IMG/VR virus record: IMGVR_UViG_3300019132_000007
Location: 1-40,119 of that record
Source: a virus
DNA length: 40,119 bases
Direction: 5' to 3' (one strand)
Positions 22,167-30,700 of the stretch are shown here, one piece after another (the first letter of the stretch is position 1; the number at the start of each line of letters is the position of its first letter). The translations under genes and the position numbers were made by a program. The notes beneath the pieces are model-generated. The model ran no database searches. It was given only the letters and a program-made list of their open reading frames with translations, and was not told the origin of the DNA.

Positions 22167-22604
22167 ATGATGAAGGTGTCGGAACTGTCCGGCGCAATGC
22201 TGGATTACTGGGTGGCGAAGGCGGAAGGCATCCCTGTCTATATCTGCGGGGAAAACTGGCCCGGGAATGGCGCAGTGTTTGCCGAATCGTTTGAGCGCGC
22301 TGTTGCGACTGTCGGCCTGCAAGGGATTCAGGCTGGCGTCTTCATCGAGCGCCACGGGAAGGCCAGCGAATGGTCCCCGTCTCAAGCATGGGGGCACGGC
22401 GGCCCGATCATCGAACGCGAGTTAATTCGGTTGCAACCAACCCACGAAGGTTGGTCTGCGCAAATCTTCGTTGACGCCGGCGGCCTTTTTCCGGTCTATG
22501 GCTACGGCTCCACCCCGCTCATCGCCACCATGCGCGCCTACGTTGCGAGCAAGTTTGGCGAAGAGGTCCCCGCCCACCCCGCAGCACAACAGGAGGAAGG
22601 ATGA
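22167..22604 (+). CDS. DUF2591 (NinX-like) protein
   Basis: MMKVSELSGAMLDYWVAKAEGIP... is typical of DUF2591. The start is ambiguous (22167 or 22170). Confidence 0.5.
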   Translation: MMKVSELSGAMLDYWVAKAEGIPVYICGENWPGNGAVFAESFERAVATVGLQGIQAGVFIERHGKASEWSPSQAWGHGGPIIERELIRLQPTHEGWSAQIFVDAGGLFPVYGYGSTPLIATMRAYVASKFGEEVPAHPAAQQEEG

Positions 22605-22891
22605 GGATATACCAAAGTTCAATGCAGCTACGAGAGAAGTGGGAATCATGGTTTGCGTGGCACCCTGTGCAGGTTGAAATGGCAGACGGTAGACACGCAT
22701 GGGTGATCGCCGAAACCGTCGAGCGCAAGGAAATTATTGGCTACGGCGGCGCACAATGGAGGTACAGGGAGAGGCTTGTCGCACGTCAGCAGGTTGACGA
22801 TTTGCCGAATTTGCACAAAAACTCGGTTGACGAAATCGAAATTTTGCACAAAGACTCCCGCAAACAGGCCGCCCCACACCCTGAAGGATGA
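22601..22891 (+). CDS. Hypothetical protein (96 aa)
   Basis: ATGA overlap with the upstream gene. Confidence 0.45.
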   Translation: MRIYQSSMQLREKWESWFAWHPVQVEMADGRHAWVIAETVERKEIIGYGGAQWRYRERLVARQQVDDLPNLHKNSVDEIEILHKDSRKQAAPHPEG

Positions 22892-22894
22892 GAG

Positions 22895-23050
22895 ATGACC
22901 TTATTCTGGATTTGCATTGCGGGCTACACCGGCTACCAAATTGGCTGGATCATTGCGCACAAGACGATTGCTTCCGAATGCAAGCGGCTCGGCGGCTTCT
23001 TCGTGGACAAAGAAACATTCAAGTGCGTGGCTGTTGAAAGAGAGGACTGA
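22895..23050 (+). CDS. Small membrane protein (51 aa)
   Basis: MTLFWICIAGYTGYQIGWIIAHKTIASECKRLGGFFVDKETFKCVAVERED. Too short for the ORF track. Confidence 0.4.
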   Translation: MTLFWICIAGYTGYQIGWIIAHKTIASECKRLGGFFVDKETFKCVAVERED

Positions 23051-23053
23051 GGC

Positions 23054-23437
23054 ATGGACATTGACGACTTGATAAACCGCCTGCGCTACGGCGTTGCCTG
23101 TCCTGTGAGCGGCGTAACCGGCGATCTTGCGAAGGATATGACCGAAGCGGCCAACGCCCTCGAAACCCTCCGCCAGCAGCTAAACGGCATGATGACGGAA
23201 CACGGTAAAAGGCTGGATGAGTGTGCGAGGTTGCGGGCAGAGCTGGAGGAGGCGCGGAAGGATGCGGAGCGCTTGAACTGGCTTGATGAAGTGAACCGAA
23301 GGACGAACGAACGCAATGGCACAGTGTACGGCTGGAAGTTCGACATGAACCACAACCGCGCCGCGCTGATGGACCACAACTTCCCTGCGTTGTCCATCCG
23401 CGCCGCCATCGACGCCGCCCGCCAGCAGCAAGCCTAA
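23054..23437 (+). CDS. Hypothetical coiled-coil protein (127 aa)
   Basis: ORF with a coiled-coil segment ECARLRAELEEARKDAERLNWLDE. Confidence 0.5.
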   Translation: MDIDDLINRLRYGVACPVSGVTGDLAKDMTEAANALETLRQQLNGMMTEHGKRLDECARLRAELEEARKDAERLNWLDEVNRRTNERNGTVYGWKFDMNHNRAALMDHNFPALSIRAAIDAARQQQA

Positions 23438-23446
23438 AATACCCGC

Positions 23447-23653
23447 ATGAACTGGAAGAAAGGCGACAGGGTAATGTGGCGATTCGAGAACGCGCCGGGA
23501 AGCTCGGTACTTGTGCCGGCGGTCGTTCGCAGCGCAACGGAAAAGCGGGTTACGATACTGGCGCTGCTTGGCGAGACCGTTTCCGTTCGACACGTCAAGC
23601 CGGAGCGCCTTTCAGCTAGGACGCAGCATTTCAAGGAATTGGACGATGTTTGA
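23447..23653 (+). CDS. Hypothetical protein (68 aa)
   Basis: ORF in the chain. Confidence 0.45.
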   Translation: MNWKKGDRVMWRFENAPGSSVLVPAVVRSATEKRVTILALLGETVSVRHVKPERLSARTQHFKELDDV

Positions 23654-23849
23654 CCGCCCGCCACCCGAAAGCGCCCTCTGGCGCCTGAAGCACGACGAAC
23701 TGTGCATCATCAGCATTGATGGTAAGGAATACGAGGCCACTTGGAGCGCACACACATTCCGGTTCTGCTTCAAGGACGAGAACAACGAAGTTCGGCAGCC
23801 TATTTATCACGCGGTCGATGAGTGGCGGCCGGCGGGGGTGAGGTTTTAG
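23646..23849 (+). CDS. Hypothetical protein (67 aa)
   Basis: 8-nt overlap with the upstream ORF. MFDRPPPESALWRLKHDELCIISIDGKEYEATW. Confidence 0.45.
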   Translation: MFDRPPPESALWRLKHDELCIISIDGKEYEATWSAHTFRFCFKDENNEVRQPIYHAVDEWRPAGVRF

Positions 23850-23879
23850 AGGCTGGCAAACTTTTGTTGCTAGATGCCA

Positions 23880-24362
23880 TCATTCCTCCACATCGAAACA
23901 GCCGGAAGCCTTCACGATCGCTTGCAGCTCTTCTAAAGTTGCCTGATCTCTTCGGGCGATGGTGTAATTTCGTGCGGAGGTAATGGCAAGATGAGAAGCG
24001 GGGACGGGGACTGCAGAAGCCGTGCGGGAATCGTCAATTTTTTGGCCTGTGGCTGCGGCGTCGTGGAACACGCGGACAGAACCAGGCAACAGAGGCAAAG
24101 TTGAAGGCGCATATTGATCTCCCTTCGCAAGAGTGGATTGGTCGACATCGGCCTGCTTCTTGGCCCGGGCGGCGCCAGCGCGGTCGATCTTGTTGATGCG
24201 GGACTGTGCAAGTAGGCGGTTGTTCTCGGCCTGTTGCTCCAGCTGGAGCTTTTCGGCCTGCCACTCGGCGCGGATCTTGGTCTTGCCGAGGTCGTAGGCT
24301 TTCCAATGGGTGCCGGCCAGAGCAACCAGGACGACCGCAGCGGCTGCGAGTTTGAGATTCAT
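23880..24362 (-). CDS. i-spanin (Rz-like)
   Basis: N-terminal TM MNLKLAAAAVVLVALAG followed by a coiled coil. ATGA overlap with the endolysin stop. Confidence 0.75.
   Translation of the reverse strand: MNLKLAAAAVVLVALAGTHWKAYDLGKTKIRAEWQAEKLQLEQQAENNRLLAQSRINKIDRAGAARAKKQADVDQSTLAKGDQYAPSTLPLLPGSVRVFHDAAATGQKIDDSRTASAVPVPASHLAITSARNYTIARRDQATLEELQAIVKASGCFDVEE
23933..24112 (-). CDS. o-spanin (Rz1-like) lipoprotein embedded in Rz in a different frame
   Basis: MRLQLCLCCLVLSAC has a lipobox and is followed by a proline-rich mature part. It lies entirely inside the Rz ORF. Confidence 0.7.
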   Translation of the reverse strand: MRLQLCLCCLVLSACSTTPQPQAKKLTIPARLLQSPSPLLILPLPPHEITPSPEEIRQL

Positions 24363-24841
24363 TGCGACCTCCCGAGACATTGATCCCGCTCCCGCAAGCG
24401 GCGCGCGTGCAGGCCGGAGATGAACTTGCCCTGAAAGTGAGACCACGCCGGCCGTCCATCCGAGTGATAAGCCAGTCCATTGCAGGCCCCCTCGTAATCC
24501 CCGGCATTCAGCTTTTTCACGAACCCGGCATTGCAGAACGCATCCACACCCAAGTTATAGGCGAACGACACATAGGCGTCGAACTCATGCTGATAGAGCG
24601 GGACTTTGACACACCGTTGAACGCCCTTTTCGTACTTGCTCGAGTCGTTCAGCAGTCGGACCAGGGCGCGAACCGGCGTCGTCGTCTCCCCTGCCCTGAC
24701 GTTCTCGGTAGCACCGAATCCGAGCGTAGGCTTATCACCAGGGAGAGGCGGTCGGGCCACAGGCTCATACCCTTCGCTCACCGCAAGCCCGACCAGCGCT
24801 GCCGCTGACAGCGACAGTGCCGCTACTTTCACCCTGCTCAT
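24359..24841 (-). CDS. SAR endolysin (GH24 lysozyme)
   Basis: N-terminal weakly hydrophobic SAR VAALSLSAAALVGLAV. E-8aa-D-5aa-T-like EGYEPVARPPLPGDKPTLGFGAT. FDAYVSFAYNLG. Confidence 0.8.
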   Translation of the reverse strand: MSRVKVAALSLSAAALVGLAVSEGYEPVARPPLPGDKPTLGFGATENVRAGETTTPVRALVRLLNDSSKYEKGVQRCVKVPLYQHEFDAYVSFAYNLGVDAFCNAGFVKKLNAGDYEGACNGLAYHSDGRPAWSHFQGKFISGLHARRLRERDQCLGRSQ

Positions 24842-25023
24842 TTCTTCCCACGCTTTTTCAGCTCATTACGAATCAAGAAGAACGCCTGAAGAGCCAGATA
24901 GGCTAATGTCGCAATGGCCACCCAATCGTTCAGCGTCAAATCAAGAAAGACGCTCGACCCCGTGACGGCAACAGGAGGCGCAGCCTTCGCCGCCGCAGTG
25001 GACAATTCTTCTTTCATCTTCAT
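24838..25023 (-). CDS. Holin (probable pinholin) with a dual-start MKM motif
   Basis: 61 aa. An MKMKEE dual start, a weak TMD1 AAPPVAVTGSSVFL and a strong TMD2 WVAIATLAYLALQAFFLI. Basic C-terminus KKRGKK. The stop overlaps the endolysin start. Confidence 0.7.
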   Translation of the reverse strand: MKMKEELSTAAAKAAPPVAVTGSSVFLDLTLNDWVAIATLAYLALQAFFLIRNELKKRGKK

Positions 25024-25043
25024 GGCCTTCTTTTTGTTGAGGT

Positions 25044-25071
25044 CAATAAAAAACCCGCACGAGGCGGGTTT
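25044..25071 (-). terminator. Intrinsic terminator upstream of the lysis cassette
   Basis: Minus strand reads ACCCGC-CTCGT-GCGGGT followed by TTTTTTATT. It is nearly identical to the hairpin at 3577-3600. Confidence 0.7.
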
Positions 25072-25078
25072 GGAGTGG

Positions 25079-25327
25079 TTACTTGCGCATCTCAGGCGCG
25101 AAGTGGTATCGCGTTAGCTCTTTCTTGTACGCGTTCACGCAGTGGTTCGGCCCTTGGAACGGATAGAACAAGGCGTCGATCAGAACCTTCCAGAATTTGT
25201 ACGGGTAGCGGTGGCCGAGCCGGCCGCAGCGTGACGAAAGCGTTTCGTCGGGCCATCCTCCCGTTGCTGCGTTCGCAAGTTGGTCGATGCCAATCAGGAC
25301 ATTCCTAAAGTATCCACGCGCCGCCAT
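25079..25327 (-). CDS. Hypothetical protein (82 aa)
   Basis: GGGGG RBS. MAARGYFRNVLIGIDQLANAATGGWPDETLSSRCG. Confidence 0.5.
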   Translation of the reverse strand: MAARGYFRNVLIGIDQLANAATGGWPDETLSSRCGRLGHRYPYKFWKVLIDALFYPFQGPNHCVNAYKKELTRYHFAPEMRK

Positions 25328-25335
25328 GTCACCCC

Positions 25336-25677
25336 CTACAAAGTTGCTGCCTTGATGAATAATTGGTCGATCTGCGCATCGGTAAGTCCGAGCATGGGCG
25401 CCAGAACGCCGACCAGCTCCTTGTTCCGATGCACTTCCTGTGAATACTCCCATTCGATCTGGGCGGCTTCCTTCTGTGGGCTGGGAAGCGCGGCAATCTT
25501 CGTCGCCACCTGATCCAGCAAACCCACCTCGAGCAATGCAAGGCGAGCCTGCCGCATGGTGACAATCTGTGGGACGGCAATCCGTGCGGCGTTCGCTTCT
25601 TGCTCCGCCAAAAACGCTGCCTCTTCCTCCGGCGTCATCTCAACCGGCCTGCCGTTTACAAGTTTCGTCAAAGCCAT
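25336..25677 (-). CDS. Hypothetical protein (113 aa), possible tail-fibre assembly/chaperone
   Basis: Immediately downstream of the fibre gene. Function is inferred from position only. Confidence 0.35.
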   Translation of the reverse strand: MALTKLVNGRPVEMTPEEEAAFLAEQEANAARIAVPQIVTMRQARLALLEVGLLDQVATKIAALPSPQKEAAQIEWEYSQEVHRNKELVGVLAPMLGLTDAQIDQLFIKAATL

Positions 25678-25678
25678 A

Positions 25679-26806
25679 TCACACCGTCTTTCTTATGCCA
25701 TAGAGTTTGAACACACCGCTTTCGATTGTGCTTCCAGACATCTGGAATCGAATCGCGTCCACATCGTTGGCCGATAGTCGCATCGCCGCCCCCTGCACTG
25801 TGTACAGCTCAGCAGATCCGTCATGGATGCATCCACTCCAGTGAATCTGGCAGTACTGGGAGACACTCGGACGGATCAGATGAATGGATAGACTTGCGCC
25901 AACGTCGTTGGCATTAGTACCAATGCCCAACGCTGCAAGATTGATCTCCGTCGCGCTAGAAGCCGCGCCGTTTGCGGCCGTATTAGCGGCGGAATGCCCC
26001 TGGTACACCCACTTGTAGTTTGCCGTGCCGTTATCGTAGGACGACCCGCCATTGGTCGAAGTGCGCATATATAGAGCATTACCATTCGTTGTTGGAATGG
26101 CATTAAGCACCTCGATCAAATACTCGTCATACGTGCTATTAATGCCGGTGAAATCAATCGTTGCCGAATTCGCGGCTGTTGCGGTGGCTATGAGAGTCAA
26201 TCCAGCCGGACTAGCGGCAGGGATGTCGTCAAGCATGGCCATCGTGCCGCTTTTGTTCGGAATCGAGACAGTCCGCGTGGTCCCGGTTGCGACTGCGGAA
26301 ACTTGGAATTGCACCTTCTTTGTGGCGTCAGAATCATCGACTATGAATGTCGTTGAGTCTTGAAGAGACTTGTTTGCGAGCGTCACTGCCCCTGTCGCCG
26401 TCACACCTCCAAGTGCCTCCCAGTTCGTCGAATCCGACGCTGGATCGGTGGGCGATGTGCCACCAGGCGCCTTCCTGCGGTAGGTCTGCAGATTAGACGG
26501 GGAAATAGCAGCTTGTCCTGTCGTGTAGCTGCCAGATACCCACATGGCCGCGCCGGCCGTGGCTGCGGCAGCATTAGCCGATGCTGATGCCTCTGCGGCC
26601 CTGGTGGTGGCTGTGGCGGCACTCGCTTCCGCTTCTGTCGCGTTGTTCAGGACATTGTTCGCCACCGCAAGAAGCTCAGTATTGAACGTGCCCGCCATGT
26701 GAGTGCCGAACGTGTATGCCTTGATGTTGTACGTCCCAGCAGCACGGTCCGCCAAGGAAGGAAATGGCGGGACAGTAGTCATGCTTGGTACCGGCTGGAT
26801 GGCCAT
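25679..26806 (-). CDS. Tail fibre / receptor-binding protein
   Basis: 375 aa. A conserved-looking N-terminus FPSLADRAAGTYNIKAYTFGTHMAGTFNTEL, an Ala-rich coiled segment and a Ser/Thr/Asn/Gly-rich C-terminal domain. Confidence 0.6.
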   Translation of the reverse strand: MAIQPVPSMTTVPPFPSLADRAAGTYNIKAYTFGTHMAGTFNTELLAVANNVLNNATEAEASAATATTRAAEASASANAAAATAGAAMWVSGSYTTGQAAISPSNLQTYRRKAPGGTSPTDPASDSTNWEALGGVTATGAVTLANKSLQDSTTFIVDDSDATKKVQFQVSAVATGTTRTVSIPNKSGTMAMLDDIPAASPAGLTLIATATAANSATIDFTGINSTYDEYLIEVLNAIPTTNGNALYMRTSTNGGSSYDNGTANYKWVYQGHSAANTAANGAASSATEINLAALGIGTNANDVGASLSIHLIRPSVSQYCQIHWSGCIHDGSAELYTVQGAAMRLSANDVDAIRFQMSGSTIESGVFKLYGIRKTV

Positions 26807-27741
26807 CAGATGTTCCCTTCAATTTTCAGGTTGATAGATGTCACACCGAAGCTGTCGGCGCGGATGCTTCCGGAGACAAAGCCCAGAGTGTTGAGGTACC
26901 CATAGCGCGGAAGGCCGCTGGCCTCGAACGGAACCGCCGTATCGATGATTTCGCCCAGGATCGCGTCTGCATACATTGCTTGCTCGGCGTCGATCAACAC
27001 GCTGCAACTGACGTTGCGGCTGCTTGCACGCTTGATGAGCTTGTAGGTGCCGTCCGCGTTGTACTGGCGGAACGTATAGCTCTTGCGATCGGACGACGCA
27101 CCATACTCAGTACCGCCAATCGTCCCATCGCCGAGGAAGCGCCTCCAGTCACCCAACTTGATGGAGCCGATCGCGACCCGCCCCCCAGGATTTGAAGAAA
27201 TGGTGATGGTCACCTCAGCATTCGGCGCAAGCGGGATGTCATCAAACGAAAGTTGCGTCAATTGCAGCAGCGGTGCGAACAGCAGTTCGTACAGGCCGGA
27301 GGCCTGGTCGTACAGATCACCACTCCAGGACGCAATCACAGTGCCGCCGGGAGCGTCTTTGACTGTGATGCTGTAGGCAGCGCCTTCCATGCCATAGATG
27401 GCCAAACCGTTCAAGAACCCAGGCTGGATAACGTACGTGAGCGATCCAGTGGCGACGGCTTTCGTGTTGGCATAGTCATCAAATGCCGCCATTCGGTTAG
27501 TCGGCCCAAGGCGAGACCAGTATTGCGTATCGAGGTCTGGCGTCGTAGTGCGCCCGGAGTGATTCGTGGAACATGCCCAGATAGAGCCACCATACGTTCG
27601 CTCTTGGCCGGCAGTGTACGTTCCACCTGACACCCATGCGACTTCGCCAGTTCCGGTGTCCGGTTCCGCAATCGTGGTGCCGGACTTGATCATGCTTGTC
27701 GTGATCGCAATCGGGACCATCACCCGCGCGCTTGCCGTCAT
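26806..27741 (-). CDS. Tail tip / distal tail protein with an N-terminal CBM5/12-like motif
   Basis: 311 aa directly after the tape measure gene. WVSGGTYTAGQERTYGGSIWACSTNHSGRTTTPDLDTQYW resembles chitin-binding type-3 repeats. Confidence 0.5.
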   Translation of the reverse strand: MTASARVMVPIAITTSMIKSGTTIAEPDTGTGEVAWVSGGTYTAGQERTYGGSIWACSTNHSGRTTTPDLDTQYWSRLGPTNRMAAFDDYANTKAVATGSLTYVIQPGFLNGLAIYGMEGAAYSITVKDAPGGTVIASWSGDLYDQASGLYELLFAPLLQLTQLSFDDIPLAPNAEVTITISSNPGGRVAIGSIKLGDWRRFLGDGTIGGTEYGASSDRKSYTFRQYNADGTYKLIKRASSRNVSCSVLIDAEQAMYADAILGEIIDTAVPFEASGLPRYGYLNTLGFVSGSIRADSFGVTSINLKIEGNI

Positions 27742-30700
27742 GCCAATACCTCCGAACGCATGGCGTTACCGCCTTCTGTCACGTTGTCGAACTGATCAGC
27801 CATCTGTTTGATGCTGTCCTTTGCCTGCTCCAGTTCGACGCGCAGTTTTTTGTTCTCGTCGACCAATTGTTCGAGCAAAGCGTTCGTCCGCTCGCGGTCC
27901 GCACGCTGCATGTCGACATATGGTCGAGGTGTAATCTCTTCACCCTTGTGAACAATCGCCGGCATGTCGTAGGGGACGTAGCTGGTGCCAACTGCAAATC
28001 CAGGTAGCTTATTGGCTTTCGCATACGCCAATGCCTTGATCTTGTCTTCGGTCGTTCCTCCAGAGAGCGCCCCGTTGATGAAGTCCTTGACCACTCCATC
28101 CCAACCCTTCGGGTTAGTGGCCAGCGCGTTTTGCCAGAATGCAGCGCCGGCCGCATCCGGCGCGCGCCCGAGGATGTTGGAGTACAGGCCGGTGACCGAG
28201 TCAGGGAGCGTCCCCGTCTGTCCGGAAATCACGGATTGCGCCGTCGCGGCCTTGCCTATCGCTGTACTCAGGGCAGCCAGTGCGGCCGGAAGTGGCATGA
28301 GATCGGTGCGAATCCCGCGCAGCGTGTCCACCTGCTGTTGCGCATAGGCCAGTTCCTGATCCAAGCGGGACATCTGGTCTTTGTAGGCCGACTCCGTCGA
28401 CTTCAGCTGGTCTTCCAGGGTCTTCAGAGTCTTTTCTTCAACGGTGAGCTGGTTGCCGGTCAGTTTCGCCAGTTCCTCAACTTTCGCCCGCTGAATCAGC
28501 TGGTCGCGCTGGTAATCGATGAAACTGGAGTACAGGTCTTCGGCTGGCTGTGAAATGATGTTCAGTGCGTTCGACAGTTGGTCCGCATCGGGGAACACGC
28601 CACCAGCGCGTGCAATTGCCAGGGCCGTTTCAATCTCGGCCGACGCCGTCGCACGATCGGATGCACGTTCGCTTGGCAGGCGCATCCGGTCAAGCGTCGA
28701 TTTCAGTGAGGTCGACAGACCGAATAGCTTTCCTACCGACCCTGTGACGTCCTTAATACGGTCGTTGACCAGCTTCACGGCGTCGTTGTAGCTGGCTGTA
28801 ATGCTCTTGCGATCCGCGTCGATCGAGCGTTGCACGGCCGCAAAGGCAGAATCTACGCCGAGCATGGCGTTATCCAAGATAGATCGTGCTGCGTCCCTTT
28901 TTGCGTCCGCCTCGCGCTTGGCGTTCTCGATCACCTCGTCCGCCATCCTTTTGCTGTAGTCGGCCACTTGGGCAAACGCAGGCGCAACCGCCAGCAATTG
29001 CCCATAAAGTTTTGCCCCGGCTTCGGAGCCAAGGTCGAGACCCCTCACCAGCTCCTTGAACTCGTCTTTCGTGTCGACGCTGGCGAAGCCAAGTTCCGCC
29101 ATCCGATCTTGGACTGCCTTGATCGTGGGGGCAATCTGCTCTGCTTCGGTCAGGAAGTTCTGTGCAAAGAAGGTCGTTCCGGATGCAAGCGCATCGATGC
29201 CACCGGCAAGATCAATCACACGCTGGCGCGCATCTGTCGAAGCCAACCCGAGAGAACCGAATGCCGAATCCATGTTCTGACCAAGCGTTACCGCGACAGC
29301 GTTGGTCGCGGCAAACACAGTGTTGAGACGAGCAAAGGCATCGATTACCGTTTCGCCAGACTTCGCCGCTACCTCCAGCTTCTTGAAGTCCAGGGCCTCG
29401 CCAAAGACCTTCAGGTATCCAGCGTTCTCGACCAATCCATCGCCCAAGCCGAACAATGCCTGCGTAAATGCCGCCAGCTTGCCTTCGCTTTCCGATACGC
29501 CGGCCAGCTGCGCGCGCTGGGCATCGAAAATCCGGATCATGTCGTCGATGAATGGATCCAGTGGCGATGAAATGCGCGTTTGGTCGACGACGACGCCCGC
29601 AAAGGACCGCTCGCCATCTTTCGTGTTCGTGTAGTACCGGCTGGCCTGTTGCTGTGCCGTGTCGATCGACGTCCGGAAGGTATCGACAAAGGCTTGTGCC
29701 ATGCTGTCGGACACGCGCGCAAGTGCGGCTTGAATCGCCTTCTCCTTGCCGGCCGCATCCAGGTCGGCAAGTGCCAGTCGGAATTCGTAGCTGAAGCCCT
29801 TCAACAGTTCGCCGCCGGCACCGACCGCCTCCCCGAGATTCGAGAAGTTTTGGTACATGCCCTTGATGGCGTTGGTGAAAACCGAGTTCACTTCGGCATC
29901 AAGGGCGGACGGGACAGTTTTGTCCCCCTTGAACCAGCCCCCCTTCTTGAACTGGTAGGCGTTGCCCGCAAACTGATCTTCAGTGATCGTCCCCATTACA
30001 CCGGAGCCGACTACCTTCGAGCCGAATGCCCGGTTGACCGCGGCTCCGACCACACCAGCAAGCGGCCCCGCAAATGCGCTCGCAATTGCGGCAACCTCGT
30101 TCACCCCCTTGACGTTATAGCCGCCGCTGAGGCCCTTCGACAAACCGTACCCGAGGAATGCATTCCCAGCCATGCTCGCGAGGCCACTGAGGGAGAGGCC
30201 ATCTGTAGCCATTCCACCAGCGAACCCAGTCCCGCCTTCTGCTGACACCCAGCCTGACGGAGTGCCATTTCCCATGCCTGAGATGCCCGTGTTTTGCCAG
30301 GCGCGGCTCAACATTCCCGAGAATCCACCCTCGAAGCCCGTGGAAAAACCATTCCAGAGCGTTTTCCCCATCGAATAGAGATCCCCGCTTTGCATCAGGT
30401 TGCTTGTGTCGCCGGTTCTCCCTGTCAAAGCATTCGCGACAGCCGGTCCAGAAAACACTCCAGCAACACTTGCCACAATCTGGATTACGTACTTTTTTAG
30501 GAAGGTCTGGTAAAGAGCATCGGCAAGCGCCGTTTTGAGTGTGTTTCCGATGGATTTGCTGAACGACTTCCAAGCATTCTCGCCATGCGTAAGCATGTCC
30601 CGGAAACCTTCCCGGAAATCGTTGTCGAGATTCGAGATGATGGTCTTCCACCGGCTGAGGACCGGCTCCATCTGCCGGTTCGCATACCACTGGTCGAACT

